From positions 42,560 to 106,559 of the forward strand of contig JACPLD010000001.1 of the NCBI GenBank assembly GCA_016186765.1: DNA of 64,000 nt. The letters are read 5' to 3'. The position numbers were made by a program, and so were the translations under genes. This DNA is from Candidatus Kaiserbacteria bacterium (GTDB lineage Bacteria > Patescibacteriota > Minisyncoccia > Phycocordibacterales > UBA2100). Of the stretch, positions 37,485 through 47,320 are shown piece by piece; position 1 is the stretch's first letter, and every line of letters begins with the position of its first letter. The notes beneath the pieces were generated by a model, which did not search any database, had not been told where the DNA came from, and worked only from the letters and a program-made list of their open reading frames with translations.

Positions 37485-38348
37485 ATGAGTACTGTGGGAT
37501 TCGCGGGCCGTTCGCTGCGTGCGCCGGTGAATGTGCTGATAACAAAGGCTGACGGTGAACAGGAACCCTTCGACCCGGAGAAATTACTCGCATCGCTGGA
37601 ACACTCCGGCGCATCCGCAGCAATCTGCGATCGCATTGTCTCCCACATCTTGGAAGAGTTGCGTCCCGGTATGACAACGGAGGAGATCTATCGACACGCG
37701 TACGAGATGCTGCGAAGGGAGGAAGAGCAGCCTGTTGCTGCGCGTTATTCGGTAAAGCGAGCGCTCTTCGCACTTGGCCCCTCCGGTTTTCCGTTCGAGC
37801 AATTTTTAGCGGAAGTTCTGCGCGCGCATGGATGGAGCGTACGCACGGGCGTTGCGCTCACGGGACGTTGTGCGCCGCACGAAGTCGACGTGTTCGCAGA
37901 GAAGGGTGGGCGGCGTGTAGGTATTGAGGCGAAATTCCACAATGAGCCCGGCGGAAAAACCGATATCAAAGACGCGCTCTACGTGAAAGCACGGTACGAA
38001 GATCTTCGCAACTCTCCCGATACCTCGTCGCGGGTAGACGAAGGCTGGCTCGTCACCAACACGACGTTCACTCGAAACGCGATCCGCTACGCGCAATGCT
38101 CGAACCTCACGCTCATTGCATGGGATTATCCGCGTGAGAACAACCTCATGCAGATGATAGAAGAAGCACGTGTGCATCCACTCACCTGTCTCACCACGCT
38201 CACCGAGGGCGAAAAGCACAGACTCCTCGACAATAAGATCGTGCTATGCAAAAGCATTTCCTCACCGCACCTCTTGAGCGAATACGGTGTAAAGCCCGCA
38301 CGCATTCCACAGGTTCTCTACGAAGCACAACGCCTGTGTGGCGTTTGA
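37485..38348 (+). CDS. ATP-cone domain fused to an Mrr-like PD-(D/E)XK nuclease
   Basis: ITKADGEQEPFDPEKL (ATP cone); GFPFEQF, HEVDVFA..IEAKFH, LVTNTTFT; start may be GTG 37527. Confidence 0.85.
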   Translation: MSTVGFAGRSLRAPVNVLITKADGEQEPFDPEKLLASLEHSGASAAICDRIVSHILEELRPGMTTEEIYRHAYEMLRREEEQPVAARYSVKRALFALGPSGFPFEQFLAEVLRAHGWSVRTGVALTGRCAPHEVDVFAEKGGRRVGIEAKFHNEPGGKTDIKDALYVKARYEDLRNSPDTSSRVDEGWLVTNTTFTRNAIRYAQCSNLTLIAWDYPRENNLMQMIEEARVHPLTCLTTLTEGEKHRLLDNKIVLCKSISSPHLLSEYGVKPARIPQVLYEAQRLCGV

Positions 38349-38357
38349 ATTCACACA

Positions 38358-38385
38358 TTTGCCTTTTGCCCTTTGCTTTTTGCCT
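38358..38385. repeat. 7-bp-period array (TTTGCCT family)
   Basis: TTTGCCT TTTGCCC TTTGCTT TTTGCCT; near-identical to the array at 7388-7415. Confidence 0.85.
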
Positions 38386-38397
38386 TAGAATTAAGGT

Positions 38398-38922
38398 ATG
38401 CCTACTCCCGAAAGCTTCTTGGATCCGAACATTGTCGTTTTTGGGAAACTTCTGCTTGCGATGGTGCTCGGCGGCATCATCGGGACTGAGCGCGCCGTCA
38501 TCGCCAAGCAAGCTGCGGGCACGCGCACGTTTGGGCTCGTCTCGCTCGGCGCATGTCTTTTTATCGTTGTAGGGAGCTATGTCGACACCGCCTACCTCGG
38601 GATTCTTTCTTTTGATCCGCTGCGCATCGGCGCGGCCGTTATTATGGGCATCGGCTTTTTGGGCGGGGGGCTCATTATCTTTCGAGGCGACTCACTCCAT
38701 GGCGTGACGACAGCCGCGGGCCTCTGGATCGTCTCTGGGATCGGCATGGCCGTGGGTTTTGGCATGTACAGCGTTTCCATCTTCGCGACACTCCTCGCGC
38801 TCATCATGTTCACCGGCATGTGGTACGTGGAAAATCGCTTCAAGCACTGGTTCGAAGATCACGAGCTCGTACGGCCAGATCATCAGAACGAGACACAAAA
38901 TCACACTACTAGCACGTCATAA
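38398..38922 (+). CDS. MgtC/SapB family membrane protein
   Basis: IGTER, AGTRTF, DPLRI, GIGFLGGG, GVTTAAGLW. Confidence 0.93.
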   Translation: MPTPESFLDPNIVVFGKLLLAMVLGGIIGTERAVIAKQAAGTRTFGLVSLGACLFIVVGSYVDTAYLGILSFDPLRIGAAVIMGIGFLGGGLIIFRGDSLHGVTTAAGLWIVSGIGMAVGFGMYSVSIFATLLALIMFTGMWYVENRFKHWFEDHELVRPDHQNETQNHTTSTS

Positions 38923-38973
38923 GTCTCGAGTACTTCCACTTACGAAGTGCGGCGAACGGGTTATACTTCGCTG

Positions 38974-39762
38974 ATGCCGAGAGGATACGTGCGCCGCACG
39001 AGAGGGCTTTATAATCCGAAAGACGGTGAGCCGTTTCGCATAAGCCGCTCGAAGATCGATCTCTTTTTGGAATGCCCACGCTGCTTCTGGCTCGATCAGC
39101 GTCTTGGCGTGAAGCGCCCGGAGTGGCCCGCATTTTCCTTAAACAATGCCGTCGACGAGCTTTTGAAGCGAGAGTTCGACATCCATCGCGCCAAAGGCGA
39201 GCCTCACCCTCTCATGAAGACTTACAAGGTTGATGCGATCCCGCTCAAGGACCCGCGCATGGACGAGTGGCGCGATGCGATGCGCCGCGGCGTTCAGTTC
39301 CACCATGCGCGGACGAATTTGATACTCCGCGGCGGCGTGGACGATGTGTGGGTCACGCCCCAAAACGAGCTCGTCGTCGTCGATTACAAGGCGACAAGCA
39401 AGAAGGAGGAAGTCTCGCTCGATGGCTACTGGCAGCAAGCGTATAAGCGACAGGTTGAAGTGTACCAATGGCTCTTACGTAAGAATGGGCTCACGGTCTC
39501 CGATACCGCATACTTTGTCTACGTGAACGCAAAGAGCGACGTAGCAGCTTTCGACGGCAGACTTGAGTTTGACGTAAGGCTTCTTTCGTACAAAGGCGAT
39601 GATTCGTGGATCGAGCCGACGATTCTTAAACTCGCGGAGTGCCTCCGTTCAGAATCTATTCCCGAGCGCTCCAAAACATGCGAATACTGTGGGTATCGGG
39701 AAGAAGCGGGCAAAGAGTTGCAAGCGCGTGTGAAGAGAGAAACCAAAAGTCTTGGCATATAA
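38974..39762 (+). CDS. PD-(D/E)XK nuclease (AddB/Cas4-like) family protein
   Basis: CPRCFW, GGVDD, VVDYK, QVEVY, CEYC. Confidence 0.88.
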   Translation: MPRGYVRRTRGLYNPKDGEPFRISRSKIDLFLECPRCFWLDQRLGVKRPEWPAFSLNNAVDELLKREFDIHRAKGEPHPLMKTYKVDAIPLKDPRMDEWRDAMRRGVQFHHARTNLILRGGVDDVWVTPQNELVVVDYKATSKKEEVSLDGYWQQAYKRQVEVYQWLLRKNGLTVSDTAYFVYVNAKSDVAAFDGRLEFDVRLLSYKGDDSWIEPTILKLAECLRSESIPERSKTCEYCGYREEAGKELQARVKRETKSLGI

Positions 39763-39770
39763 TCATAACG

Positions 39771-40031
39771 ATGAAGACGTTTGCAGAAAGGGTTCGCGCA
39801 GTCGTTCGTAAAATCTCGAAAGGGAAGACCATGACCTACGCGCAAGTCGCGCGTGCCGCCGGTAGGCCCCGAGCTGCTCGGGGGGTAGGTGCTATCATGC
39901 GAAGCAATTACGACGAACGCATTCCGTGCCATCGTGTCGTTCGCTCGGATGGCAAGCTCGGTGGATACAATCGCGGTGGCACGGGACGCAAGCGAACGAT
40001 TTTGAAGAAAGAAGGTGTGTATGAGTGGTGA
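39771..40031 (+). CDS. Single-domain O6-methylguanine-DNA methyltransferase family protein
   Basis: TYAQVA, AARGVG, IPCHRVV. Confidence 0.92.
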   Translation: MKTFAERVRAVVRKISKGKTMTYAQVARAAGRPRAARGVGAIMRSNYDERIPCHRVVRSDGKLGGYNRGGTGRKRTILKKEGVYEW

Positions 40032-40614
40032 GAAGTACGAGAAGATGAAACAGATTCGGGATGAGGTGGTCGCGCTTCAAGGTGGACTGGCGGATTACCG
40101 GCGGGAGAACAACTACCACGCGGTCTTGGGGGAGGGAAGCCATGATGCGAAAATTATGTTCATCGGTGAAGCGCCGGGACAGAACGAGGCGAAAACGGGG
40201 CGACCTTTTTGTGGCGCTGCGGGCAAACTTCTCGATCAATTGCTCGAAGGAATAGGCGTCCCACGCGATAGTGTCTACATCACCAACATCGTGAAGGATA
40301 GGCCGCCGGGAAATCGCGATCCCTTGCCAAGCGAGATCGAGCTCTACGCGCCCTTCCTCGACAGGCAGATCGAAATTATCCAGCCAAAGTGCATCTCGAC
40401 GCTCGGCCGCTTCTCGATGGAGTACATCATGCGAAAGTTTGGTCTCTCATTCGAGCTCGAGCCCATCAGCCGCGCGCATGGCAAAAGCTACGAAGCAGAG
40501 ACCTCGTGGGGCCCGATGAAAATCGTCCCCCAATACCATCCCGCCGCCGCGATTTATAACCAATCCCTCGTCGAAACCCTCAAAAAAGATTTTCAGATCC
40601 TAAAAACCATCTAG
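40021..40614 (+). CDS. Family 4-like uracil-DNA glycosylase
   Basis: GEAPG, GRPFCG, ITNIVKDRPPGNR, YHPAA. Confidence 0.93.
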   Translation: MSGEKYEKMKQIRDEVVALQGGLADYRRENNYHAVLGEGSHDAKIMFIGEAPGQNEAKTGRPFCGAAGKLLDQLLEGIGVPRDSVYITNIVKDRPPGNRDPLPSEIELYAPFLDRQIEIIQPKCISTLGRFSMEYIMRKFGLSFELEPISRAHGKSYEAETSWGPMKIVPQYHPAAAIYNQSLVETLKKDFQILKTI

Positions 40615-40617
40615 CCA

Positions 40618-40649
40618 CTATATTCTAATTCGCGCGAATTAGAATATAG
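40618..40649. repeat. Perfect 32-bp palindrome
   Basis: CTATATTCTAATTCGC/GCGAATTAGAATATAG. Confidence 0.9.
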
Positions 40650-40755
40650 GCATGAATACCTCCGCAAGGATTTTCAGGTGTTGAAAGAGATATAAAAAGC
40701 CACCCCCTCGCGCAAGACGAGAGTTTGGCTCTTTGTCCCGCGAGGGGGATATGGA

Positions 40756-41031
40756 TCACGCCGTTTGCTGTCTGCGTTTCGCTAATCGCGCGTTCATGGC
40801 GTCCGCGTCAATGTTACCGGAGAGTGGTGCGATAGGCACTTCCGTAACTTCGGCAAGTGCCTGCTTCGCAGCGTCTTCGTCGGGGAAGTAATAACATGAG
40901 CATCCCCATGTTCCGCCCAACTGTAGGTAATCTGCGAATTCGCTAACGCTGCGGCTCACATAGAATTTGCCAACCAGGGCAGCGATGCCACTCGGCGCAC
41001 GCCTGACTCGCGGTTTGTCTCTGTTACACAT
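40756..41031 (-). CDS. Hypothetical protein
   Basis: ATG 41031 with GGAGG upstream; no motif recognised. Confidence 0.45.
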   Translation of the reverse strand: MCNRDKPRVRRAPSGIAALVGKFYVSRSVSEFADYLQLGGTWGCSCYYFPDEDAAKQALAEVTEVPIAPLSGNIDADAMNARLAKRRQQTA

Positions 41032-41164
41032 GGCCGTATCCTCCGTTTGCCGCGCAGATAGTACAACACGGTGCAACGTTCGTCAACCAAAACTCCTCTG
41101 CAAGGATTTGAGGATGTTGACGAAAGTGCTTGGAGTTACCGCGTAGTCGAGGTATAAAGTCGCC

Positions 41165-41338
41165 ATGAACTGGAACCTGTTTGGCCTGAACCCGAAGTTC
41201 AAGGATTTCATCGAGAAATATCCCAATAAAACTGTTTTAGGAGTTGCTTGGGCGATGTATTGGCGGTTCCTGGTACTAGTACTGGCACTTGAGATGATTA
41301 TTGGAATTATTTTTGTCCTTTCGAATATTATTTTCTGA
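41165..41338 (+). CDS. 57-aa membrane protein missing from the ORF track
   Basis: MNWNLFGLNPKFKDFIEKYPNKTVLGVAWAMYWRFLVLVLALEMIIGIIFVLSNIIF; -10-like sequence just upstream. Confidence 0.6.
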   Translation: MNWNLFGLNPKFKDFIEKYPNKTVLGVAWAMYWRFLVLVLALEMIIGIIFVLSNIIF

Positions 41339-42599
41339 GAAGGGTGAGTGATGCATCCTTATTTGTGTGCGGGCCGATGATGGCGAGGTTGAGGCGCTCG
41401 GTACGTAGCAGGTCGCGGGCGACGCGTTCTATGTCGGCGGCGGAGACAGTGTCAATGCCTTCGAGCATCTCTTCGAGCAGGCGGACGCGAGCGAGATTGA
41501 TCATCGAGGTCGCCGCGTGATTCGCTATCTCGTCGCTCGTTTCAAGCGAGAGCGTCATGGTGCCCTTGATGTACTGCTTTGCTTTCGCAAGCTCCGCCGC
41601 CGACACCTTCGTCTTCTTTATCTTCTTAAACTCATCGAGAATCGTCTTCACCGTCTTCTCGAGCTTCGCGTGCTCGACGCCGGCTTGTACGGCGAGATAG
41701 CCGGTGTCGGGGTAGCGTTCCACCCACGCGTGCACGGAGTAGGCGAGACCGCGCTTCTCACGCACTTCGAGGAAGAGGCGGCTGCTCATGCCCGCGCCGA
41801 GGATGGTCGAGAGCACCGCGAGCGCGTATTCATCTTTGTGTAAATACGGATACGCCGGCACGCCGAGGATGAAGTGCGTCTGGTCAGTCTTCTTTTCTTT
41901 TATCGAGACTCTTGGTTCATTCTGTTCCGAGACGAACGCGATGAAGTTCGGAGGATTGCCATGCGGGAGCCTCCCGAAGTCTTTCTTTATTCTCGCGAGC
42001 ACTTTCTTTTCGTCGAATGAGCCGGCGATACAAACGACCGTATTGAGCGGCGTGTAGTTGCGCTTCAGGTAGGCAGCAAAATCTTTGCGCGTGAACGAGC
42101 GAATGTTCTCCTTTGGCCCAAGGATTGTTCGCCCGAGCGGATGCTCTTTGCCGAAAAGGAGTGCCTCGAACACATTGTCCACTGTGCGCATCGGCATGTC
42201 TTCGTACATGTCTATCTCTTGAATAATTGCACCGCGCTCCTTCGTTATTTCCTTTTCAGGCAGCCTCGAGTTGAGAAAGATGTCGCTAATGACGTCGAGT
42301 GCAGTATCAAGGTATTGCTCCGAGACTTTGGCAAAGTAGGCGGTGCGCTCTTTGGCAGTAAAGGCGTTGTAGACTGCACCAATGCCGTCGAGCTCCTCGC
42401 TGATAGCTTTTGCGCTCGGCCGCTTTTGGGTGCCTTTGAAAAACATGTGCTCCAAAAAGTGCGCGAGGCCGTTCTCATGACCGTTTTCATAGCGTGAGCC
42501 CGTGCCCGTCATCACGATTACTGTCGCCGTCCTGTTCTCCGGCATTGGTGCGAGCACGATACGCAAGCCGTTTTTCAACGTATGAGCGATGTATTGCAT
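41328..42599 (-). CDS. M16 family zinc peptidase
   Basis: HFLEH inverted zinc motif, NAFT, SSRLFLEVREKRGLAY. Confidence 0.95.
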   Translation of the reverse strand: MQYIAHTLKNGLRIVLAPMPENRTATVIVMTGTGSRYENGHENGLAHFLEHMFFKGTQKRPSAKAISEELDGIGAVYNAFTAKERTAYFAKVSEQYLDTALDVISDIFLNSRLPEKEITKERGAIIQEIDMYEDMPMRTVDNVFEALLFGKEHPLGRTILGPKENIRSFTRKDFAAYLKRNYTPLNTVVCIAGSFDEKKVLARIKKDFGRLPHGNPPNFIAFVSEQNEPRVSIKEKKTDQTHFILGVPAYPYLHKDEYALAVLSTILGAGMSSRLFLEVREKRGLAYSVHAWVERYPDTGYLAVQAGVEHAKLEKTVKTILDEFKKIKKTKVSAAELAKAKQYIKGTMTLSLETSDEIANHAATSMINLARVRLLEEMLEGIDTVSAADIERVARDLLRTERLNLAIIGPHTNKDASLTLLRK

Positions 42600-42680
42600 T
42601 GCTGCGCATAGTATCGCCTCGTCCATCTTACAGCAACAAAATCTCGCCATTCCTCGGAGGCAGTGATAAACTCATGGTCA

Positions 42681-44582
42681 ATGACGGTCAACGAAATTCG
42701 GGCAAAGTACCTCGAGTTCTTTGAGAAGCGCGGACACTTCATCATCTCCTCCGCTTCGCTCGTGCCCCACAACGATCCGACGACGCTCTTTACGGGAAGC
42801 GGCATGCAGCCTCTCATCCCATATCTCCTCGGCAAAGACCATCCCGCCGGAAAACGCCTCGCTAATTCACAGAAGAGCTTCCGCACCGAAGACATCGAGG
42901 AGGTGGGCGACAACCGCCACACGACCTTTTTCGAGATGCTCGGCAACTGGTCTTTGGGCGACTACTTTAAGAAAGAAGAACTTCCGTGGCTGTTTGAATT
43001 CCTTACCGACGAGATCGACCTCGATCCCTCGAAGCTCTACGTAACCGCATTCGCTGGCGACGAAAGGCTCAAACTTTCTCGTGACACCGAATCAGCGGCC
43101 ATTTGGAAAGAGCTTTTCGCGAAGAAGGGAATTGATGCGAGAGACGTCGTCATCGGTTCGCAAGAAGACGGTGCTCGCCTCGGGATGCAAGGTGGACGCA
43201 TTTTTTATTACGATGCAACCAAGAACTGGTGGAGTAGAGCGGGCGCGCCGGAGAACATGCCCGCTGGAGAGCCGGGAGGACCGGACTCGGAAATTTTCTA
43301 CGATTTTGGTCTGCCGCATGATGCCCGCTTCGGCGACGAGTGTCATCCGAATTGCGACTGCGGACGCTTCCTCGAGATCGGGAATTCGGTCTTCATGCAG
43401 TACATCAAGAAGAGTTTGCCAGCTCCCGAGGGTTCCTTCGGCCTCTTGCCGAAGCAGAACGTCGACTTTGGCGGAGGCTTAGAGCGCATCGCAGCGGCTT
43501 CCGAGAACAGTGCAGACATCTTCGCCATAGATGTTTTTTCCGACATCATCGGGCTCCTCATTCACTTCTCCAAAAAGGAGTATACCGACAGCCGCTATGC
43601 ACGGAGCTTCCGCATCATCGCCGATCACATCCGCGCGGCAACCTTCATCATTAGCGACGGTGTGAAGCCTTCGAATACCGAGCGCGGCTACGTGCTTCGC
43701 CGTCTCATCCGCCGCGCAGCCCAGCACGCTCTCAAGCTATCGGTGGGCGACAAAGACAAAGAAGACAGCATGCTCGTGCGGGCAGCTGTCGTCACGATCG
43801 AGAAATACAAGGAGGTGTATCCCGAGCTCGATGGCGAGGCGGCCTACAAGGAGATCACCGAGACGATCTGGAACGAGGAGAAACAATTCGCGCTTACGCT
43901 CGAGCGTGGCATGCGTGAGTTCGAGCGGATCGCTTCGACAGGGCACATCGAAGCGAGCGAGGCGTATACGCTCTTCACGACACACGGCTTTCCGTTCGAG
44001 ATGACACTCGAGCTCGCGAAAGAGCGCGGCATCGATGTTGACGAAGAAGGTTTTAAGAGGGAAATGAAGAAACACCAAGAAATTTCGCGTGCGGGCGTCA
44101 CCCAGAAATTCAGGGGAGGTCTTGCCGATACTTCGGAGAAAACGACACGCCTCCACACCGCGCATCACCTTCTTCTGAAAGCACTCCAGGTCGTGCTTGG
44201 TGCGCATGTGAAGCAACGTGGATCCAACATTACACAAGAACGCCTCCGCATCGATTTTTCACATGGCGAAAAAATGAGCAAAGAGCAACTTGCCGAGGTG
44301 GAGCGCATCGTGAATGAGAAGATACAGGAAGGCATACCGGTCATCCGGACAGAGATGTCAAAAGAGGAGGCCGAGAAACTGGGTGCCGAACACGAGTTCG
44401 GCGCAAAATATCCCGAGCGCGTATCCGTGTACTCCGTCGGCCCCCTCGATAAGGCCTTCTCAATAGAGTATTGCGGCGGCCCGCACGTTTCTAATACGAG
44501 CGAACTCAAAGGTACATTCAAAATACAAAAAGAAGAGGCGGTTGCGGCCGGTATCAGGAGAATCAAGGCTGTTCTCCAGTGA
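42681..44582 (+). CDS. alaS: Alanine--tRNA ligase, short form ending after the editing domain
   Basis: HTTFFEMLGNWS, VDFGGGLER, DHIRA, HTAHHLL, CGGPH, AAGIRRIKA at the C-terminus. Confidence 0.97.
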   Translation: MTVNEIRAKYLEFFEKRGHFIISSASLVPHNDPTTLFTGSGMQPLIPYLLGKDHPAGKRLANSQKSFRTEDIEEVGDNRHTTFFEMLGNWSLGDYFKKEELPWLFEFLTDEIDLDPSKLYVTAFAGDERLKLSRDTESAAIWKELFAKKGIDARDVVIGSQEDGARLGMQGGRIFYYDATKNWWSRAGAPENMPAGEPGGPDSEIFYDFGLPHDARFGDECHPNCDCGRFLEIGNSVFMQYIKKSLPAPEGSFGLLPKQNVDFGGGLERIAAASENSADIFAIDVFSDIIGLLIHFSKKEYTDSRYARSFRIIADHIRAATFIISDGVKPSNTERGYVLRRLIRRAAQHALKLSVGDKDKEDSMLVRAAVVTIEKYKEVYPELDGEAAYKEITETIWNEEKQFALTLERGMREFERIASTGHIEASEAYTLFTTHGFPFEMTLELAKERGIDVDEEGFKREMKKHQEISRAGVTQKFRGGLADTSEKTTRLHTAHHLLLKALQVVLGAHVKQRGSNITQERLRIDFSHGEKMSKEQLAEVERIVNEKIQEGIPVIRTEMSKEEAEKLGAEHEFGAKYPERVSVYSVGPLDKAFSIEYCGGPHVSNTSELKGTFKIQKEEAVAAGIRRIKAVLQ

Positions 44583-44662
44583 ACAGAAAACATCAAACAG
44601 AGAACAGAAAATCCCAAAGTATTATCCCTTGTCCACTGTTCACTGTTCTCTGTTCTCTGTAT
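44581..44662. repeat. Inverted pair of 7-bp-period arrays (AACAG/CTGTT family)
   Basis: GAACAGA AAACATC AAACAGA GAACAGA ... GTCCACT GTTCACT GTTCTCT GTTCTCT. Confidence 0.85.
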
Positions 44663-44673
44663 ACTGACTGACG

Positions 44674-45828
44674 ATGTTCCGCCTCACGGGGAAACAGAGT
44701 GGAAGGACGGTCGCCGTTGCCGATATCGGGAGCAGCAGTGTTGCTGTTGGTATCGTGCGCGTCGTGCCGCATGGAGGAGCTCGCGTGCTTGTTGCGGAGC
44801 GCGCAACCCTTCCTGTAAGCGAGCGGAGTTTGGAGGCGACCGCTACCGGAGTTATCTCCCTGCTAGAAGAAACGGCCACAAAAGTGCTCGCTACATATGC
44901 AGGAGCAGCGGAAAGGCCGAAGCATGTAGAAGCGGCGTACGCTGTCATTCATTCGCCTTGGACGCGCTCGAAAACGATCCGCGCCACATTGCAGCTTCCG
45001 GAAGAGTTGCGCATCGAGCGGGGGATGATCAGCAATCTTGCGCAAGAGGCACTACAGGCCGATGCCGAATATCAGCACGACAAAGTTCTTGAAGCCGGCG
45101 TTATCCGAGTGGAGTTGAATGGATATCCAACGCTAAAGCCTGTCGGGAAGCGCGCGCATCATGTCGCTGCCTCCGCACTTCTTTCGGAGTGCGACCCTCG
45201 CATTCGCGCGGGTGTCGCAGAGGTGCTTGCAAAGGTATTCGCATGTCCACCACCCACGCTTCGATCGGACACACGAGCCCTTCTCTCGGTCACGCGCGAG
45301 AGCTCTACACTTCCGAAAGAGGCGCTCATTGTCAATATGACGTACGAGGCGACCAACATTGTCGTTGTGCGAAAGGGTATCATTGCTGAAACGGCACTCG
45401 TTGCCGAAGGCATCGGCTCGATCTTGCGTCGCATTGCGGGGGAGAAAATGCCCGAAGAGACGCTTGCGCTGATACGGCTACTCGCGCTCGACCAGTGCGA
45501 CTCCGACGCATGCGAAGCGACAAAAGCGGCGATCGCTCGTGCCGAACCGGAGCTTGCGAGAATCTTCGGCGAAACGTTCGGTCACTTGAGTGCCTCGCGG
45601 CGCCTGCCTAACAGGCTCGTCCTTGTGGCCCATGAGGACCTCGCGGGATGGCTTTCGCGTTTTTTCGATCGCATTGACTTCGCGCCGTTCACGGTGACAA
45701 CGCGCCCATTCCTGCCAGTTCCGCTTTCGTTGGAAAGTATTAAAGAACTCGCCGTCTTCGAGAATGCGTCGGGAGACGTCTCGCTTGGCATTGCAGCCGC
45801 GCTTGTCAACATGGAAGAATACGTATGA
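44674..45828 (+). CDS. Hypothetical protein, possibly a degenerate FtsA/PilM-like actin fold
   Basis: VADIGSSSVAV N-terminal motif; LNGYPT. Confidence 0.65.
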   Translation: MFRLTGKQSGRTVAVADIGSSSVAVGIVRVVPHGGARVLVAERATLPVSERSLEATATGVISLLEETATKVLATYAGAAERPKHVEAAYAVIHSPWTRSKTIRATLQLPEELRIERGMISNLAQEALQADAEYQHDKVLEAGVIRVELNGYPTLKPVGKRAHHVAASALLSECDPRIRAGVAEVLAKVFACPPPTLRSDTRALLSVTRESSTLPKEALIVNMTYEATNIVVVRKGIIAETALVAEGIGSILRRIAGEKMPEETLALIRLLALDQCDSDACEATKAAIARAEPELARIFGETFGHLSASRRLPNRLVLVAHEDLAGWLSRFFDRIDFAPFTVTTRPFLPVPLSLESIKELAVFENASGDVSLGIAAALVNMEEYV

Positions 45829-45917
45829 GATATAGGGCACGGAGTATAGGGTATAATGCGAACCAATGGTAAATCCTTTTTCTTGCCGCCGTACGCGACA
45901 CTCCATACACGATACTT
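45823..45917. repeat. Inverted pair of 7-bp-period arrays (GTAT/ATAC family)
   Basis: GTATGAG ATATAGG GCACGGA GTATAGG GTATAA ... CGTACGC GACACTC CATACAC GATACT. Confidence 0.7.
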
Positions 45918-45920
45918 CTT

Positions 45921-47273
45921 ATGGCTAAGGATTACTTCCAGGACATTACGCCGCCCTCTCCTGACACGCCGCGTTCGCTCAAAGTAAACTCCGCTGCGGG
46001 AGAGACGGCGTCTCCTGATCCGCCACCGTCCTCTTCAGCAGATAGTGGCGAGAGAAGCATCCGCAATATTCAAGTGCCCATTAGGTCGCGCCGCATTCCC
46101 GATATCAGAGAAAATGCCACTGCCGCTCCGCCTCGCCGCGTAGAGCGCATGTGGCTGTGGGGAGGCTCTGCACTCGCGCTCCTCGTCTTGGGAGCGCTCG
46201 CGCTCGTGGCGCTTCGGCCGACGACCGTGACCGTCATTCCACGCTCGCACACCGTGTTCTTCGACGATACAGCACGATTCGTCGCCTACGCTGCGGACAC
46301 GGCGGCTACCGGCACGCTCTCGTTCACGATCGAGGAGAGCACGTATGAAGATTCACAATTGGTCGCGGCGAAGGGCGTGGAACGCGTAGAAGAGCGCGCA
46401 AGTGGCAACGTCACCGTCTACAATGAATACTCGAGCGCCCCCGTGAGGCTTCTGAAGAACACCCGTTTCGAAACGCCAGACGGACTCATTTTTCGTGCTC
46501 CCGCTGAAGTGCTCGTTCCCGGCCGCAAAGGAACTACGCCGGGAGAGATCACTATCACCGTCTTTGCAGACGCCCCGGGAGAGAAGTACAACGTCGGTCC
46601 GATCTCACGCTTCACGCTTCCCGGACTGAAATCGTCCAGCATGTATAGCAAAGTTTATGCGCGCTCGACAAGCGCGATGAGCGGCGGCTTTGCAGGAGAG
46701 CGCCCCGCTGCAGAAAAGAGCGCGCTCGACGCCGCGGTTTCGGAAATTCGCGGTCGCCTCGAGGAAAAAGCGCGCGCGGCTGTAGGGGAAGTTGGCGCGG
46801 ACGAGGCAGCGTTCTTCGATCTCGCTCGTCTCACGTATGAAAGCCTCCCGGCAACAATGGAGGGAGAGGGCAATGTCCGCATCACCGAGCGCCTTCGCGT
46901 CGAACTCCCGATATTTCCCGGGGACATGTTCGCGCATGTCGTTGCGGAGAGCGTTTCCGCAGGCGCCGAGGAAGGAAGCATCGTCTTGAAGCCGCTTGAG
47001 GGTCTCTCCGCACACACGGAAACGAAGATATTCTCGGCGACTTCGCCGCTCACGTTCGCGCTTTCAGGTCAGGCACAGCTCGTGTGGAAGGTTGACACGG
47101 AGGAGCTCGCGCAGGCGCTCGCCGGCCGCGACGAATCGGCATTTCAAACGATCGTGGAGGGTTTTTCGAGCATTGAAGAGGCGCACGCACGAATCGAACC
47201 GTTCTGGAGCAACTCGTTCCCGAACGATCCGAGTGACATCAAAATCAAAGTGAAAGAGCCCGACGCCAGGTAA
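45921..47273 (+). CDS. Single-pass membrane protein with a baseplate-J-like beta domain
   Basis: ASGNVTVYN..TRFETPDGLIF..VFADAPGEKYNV pattern after one TM helix. Confidence 0.65.
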   Translation: MAKDYFQDITPPSPDTPRSLKVNSAAGETASPDPPPSSSADSGERSIRNIQVPIRSRRIPDIRENATAAPPRRVERMWLWGGSALALLVLGALALVALRPTTVTVIPRSHTVFFDDTARFVAYAADTAATGTLSFTIEESTYEDSQLVAAKGVERVEERASGNVTVYNEYSSAPVRLLKNTRFETPDGLIFRAPAEVLVPGRKGTTPGEITITVFADAPGEKYNVGPISRFTLPGLKSSSMYSKVYARSTSAMSGGFAGERPAAEKSALDAAVSEIRGRLEEKARAAVGEVGADEAAFFDLARLTYESLPATMEGEGNVRITERLRVELPIFPGDMFAHVVAESVSAGAEEGSIVLKPLEGLSAHTETKIFSATSPLTFALSGQAQLVWKVDTEELAQALAGRDESAFQTIVEGFSSIEEAHARIEPFWSNSFPNDPSDIKIKVKEPDAR

Positions 47274-47320
47274 AAAAATTGACTCGCTCTCTCTAGTCTG
47301 CTATTGTTTTGCCGCACGTT

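Noticed and set aside
45921-47273. Prophage or contractile injection system
   Set aside because: No other structural phage genes; protein is membrane-anchored in a housekeeping context
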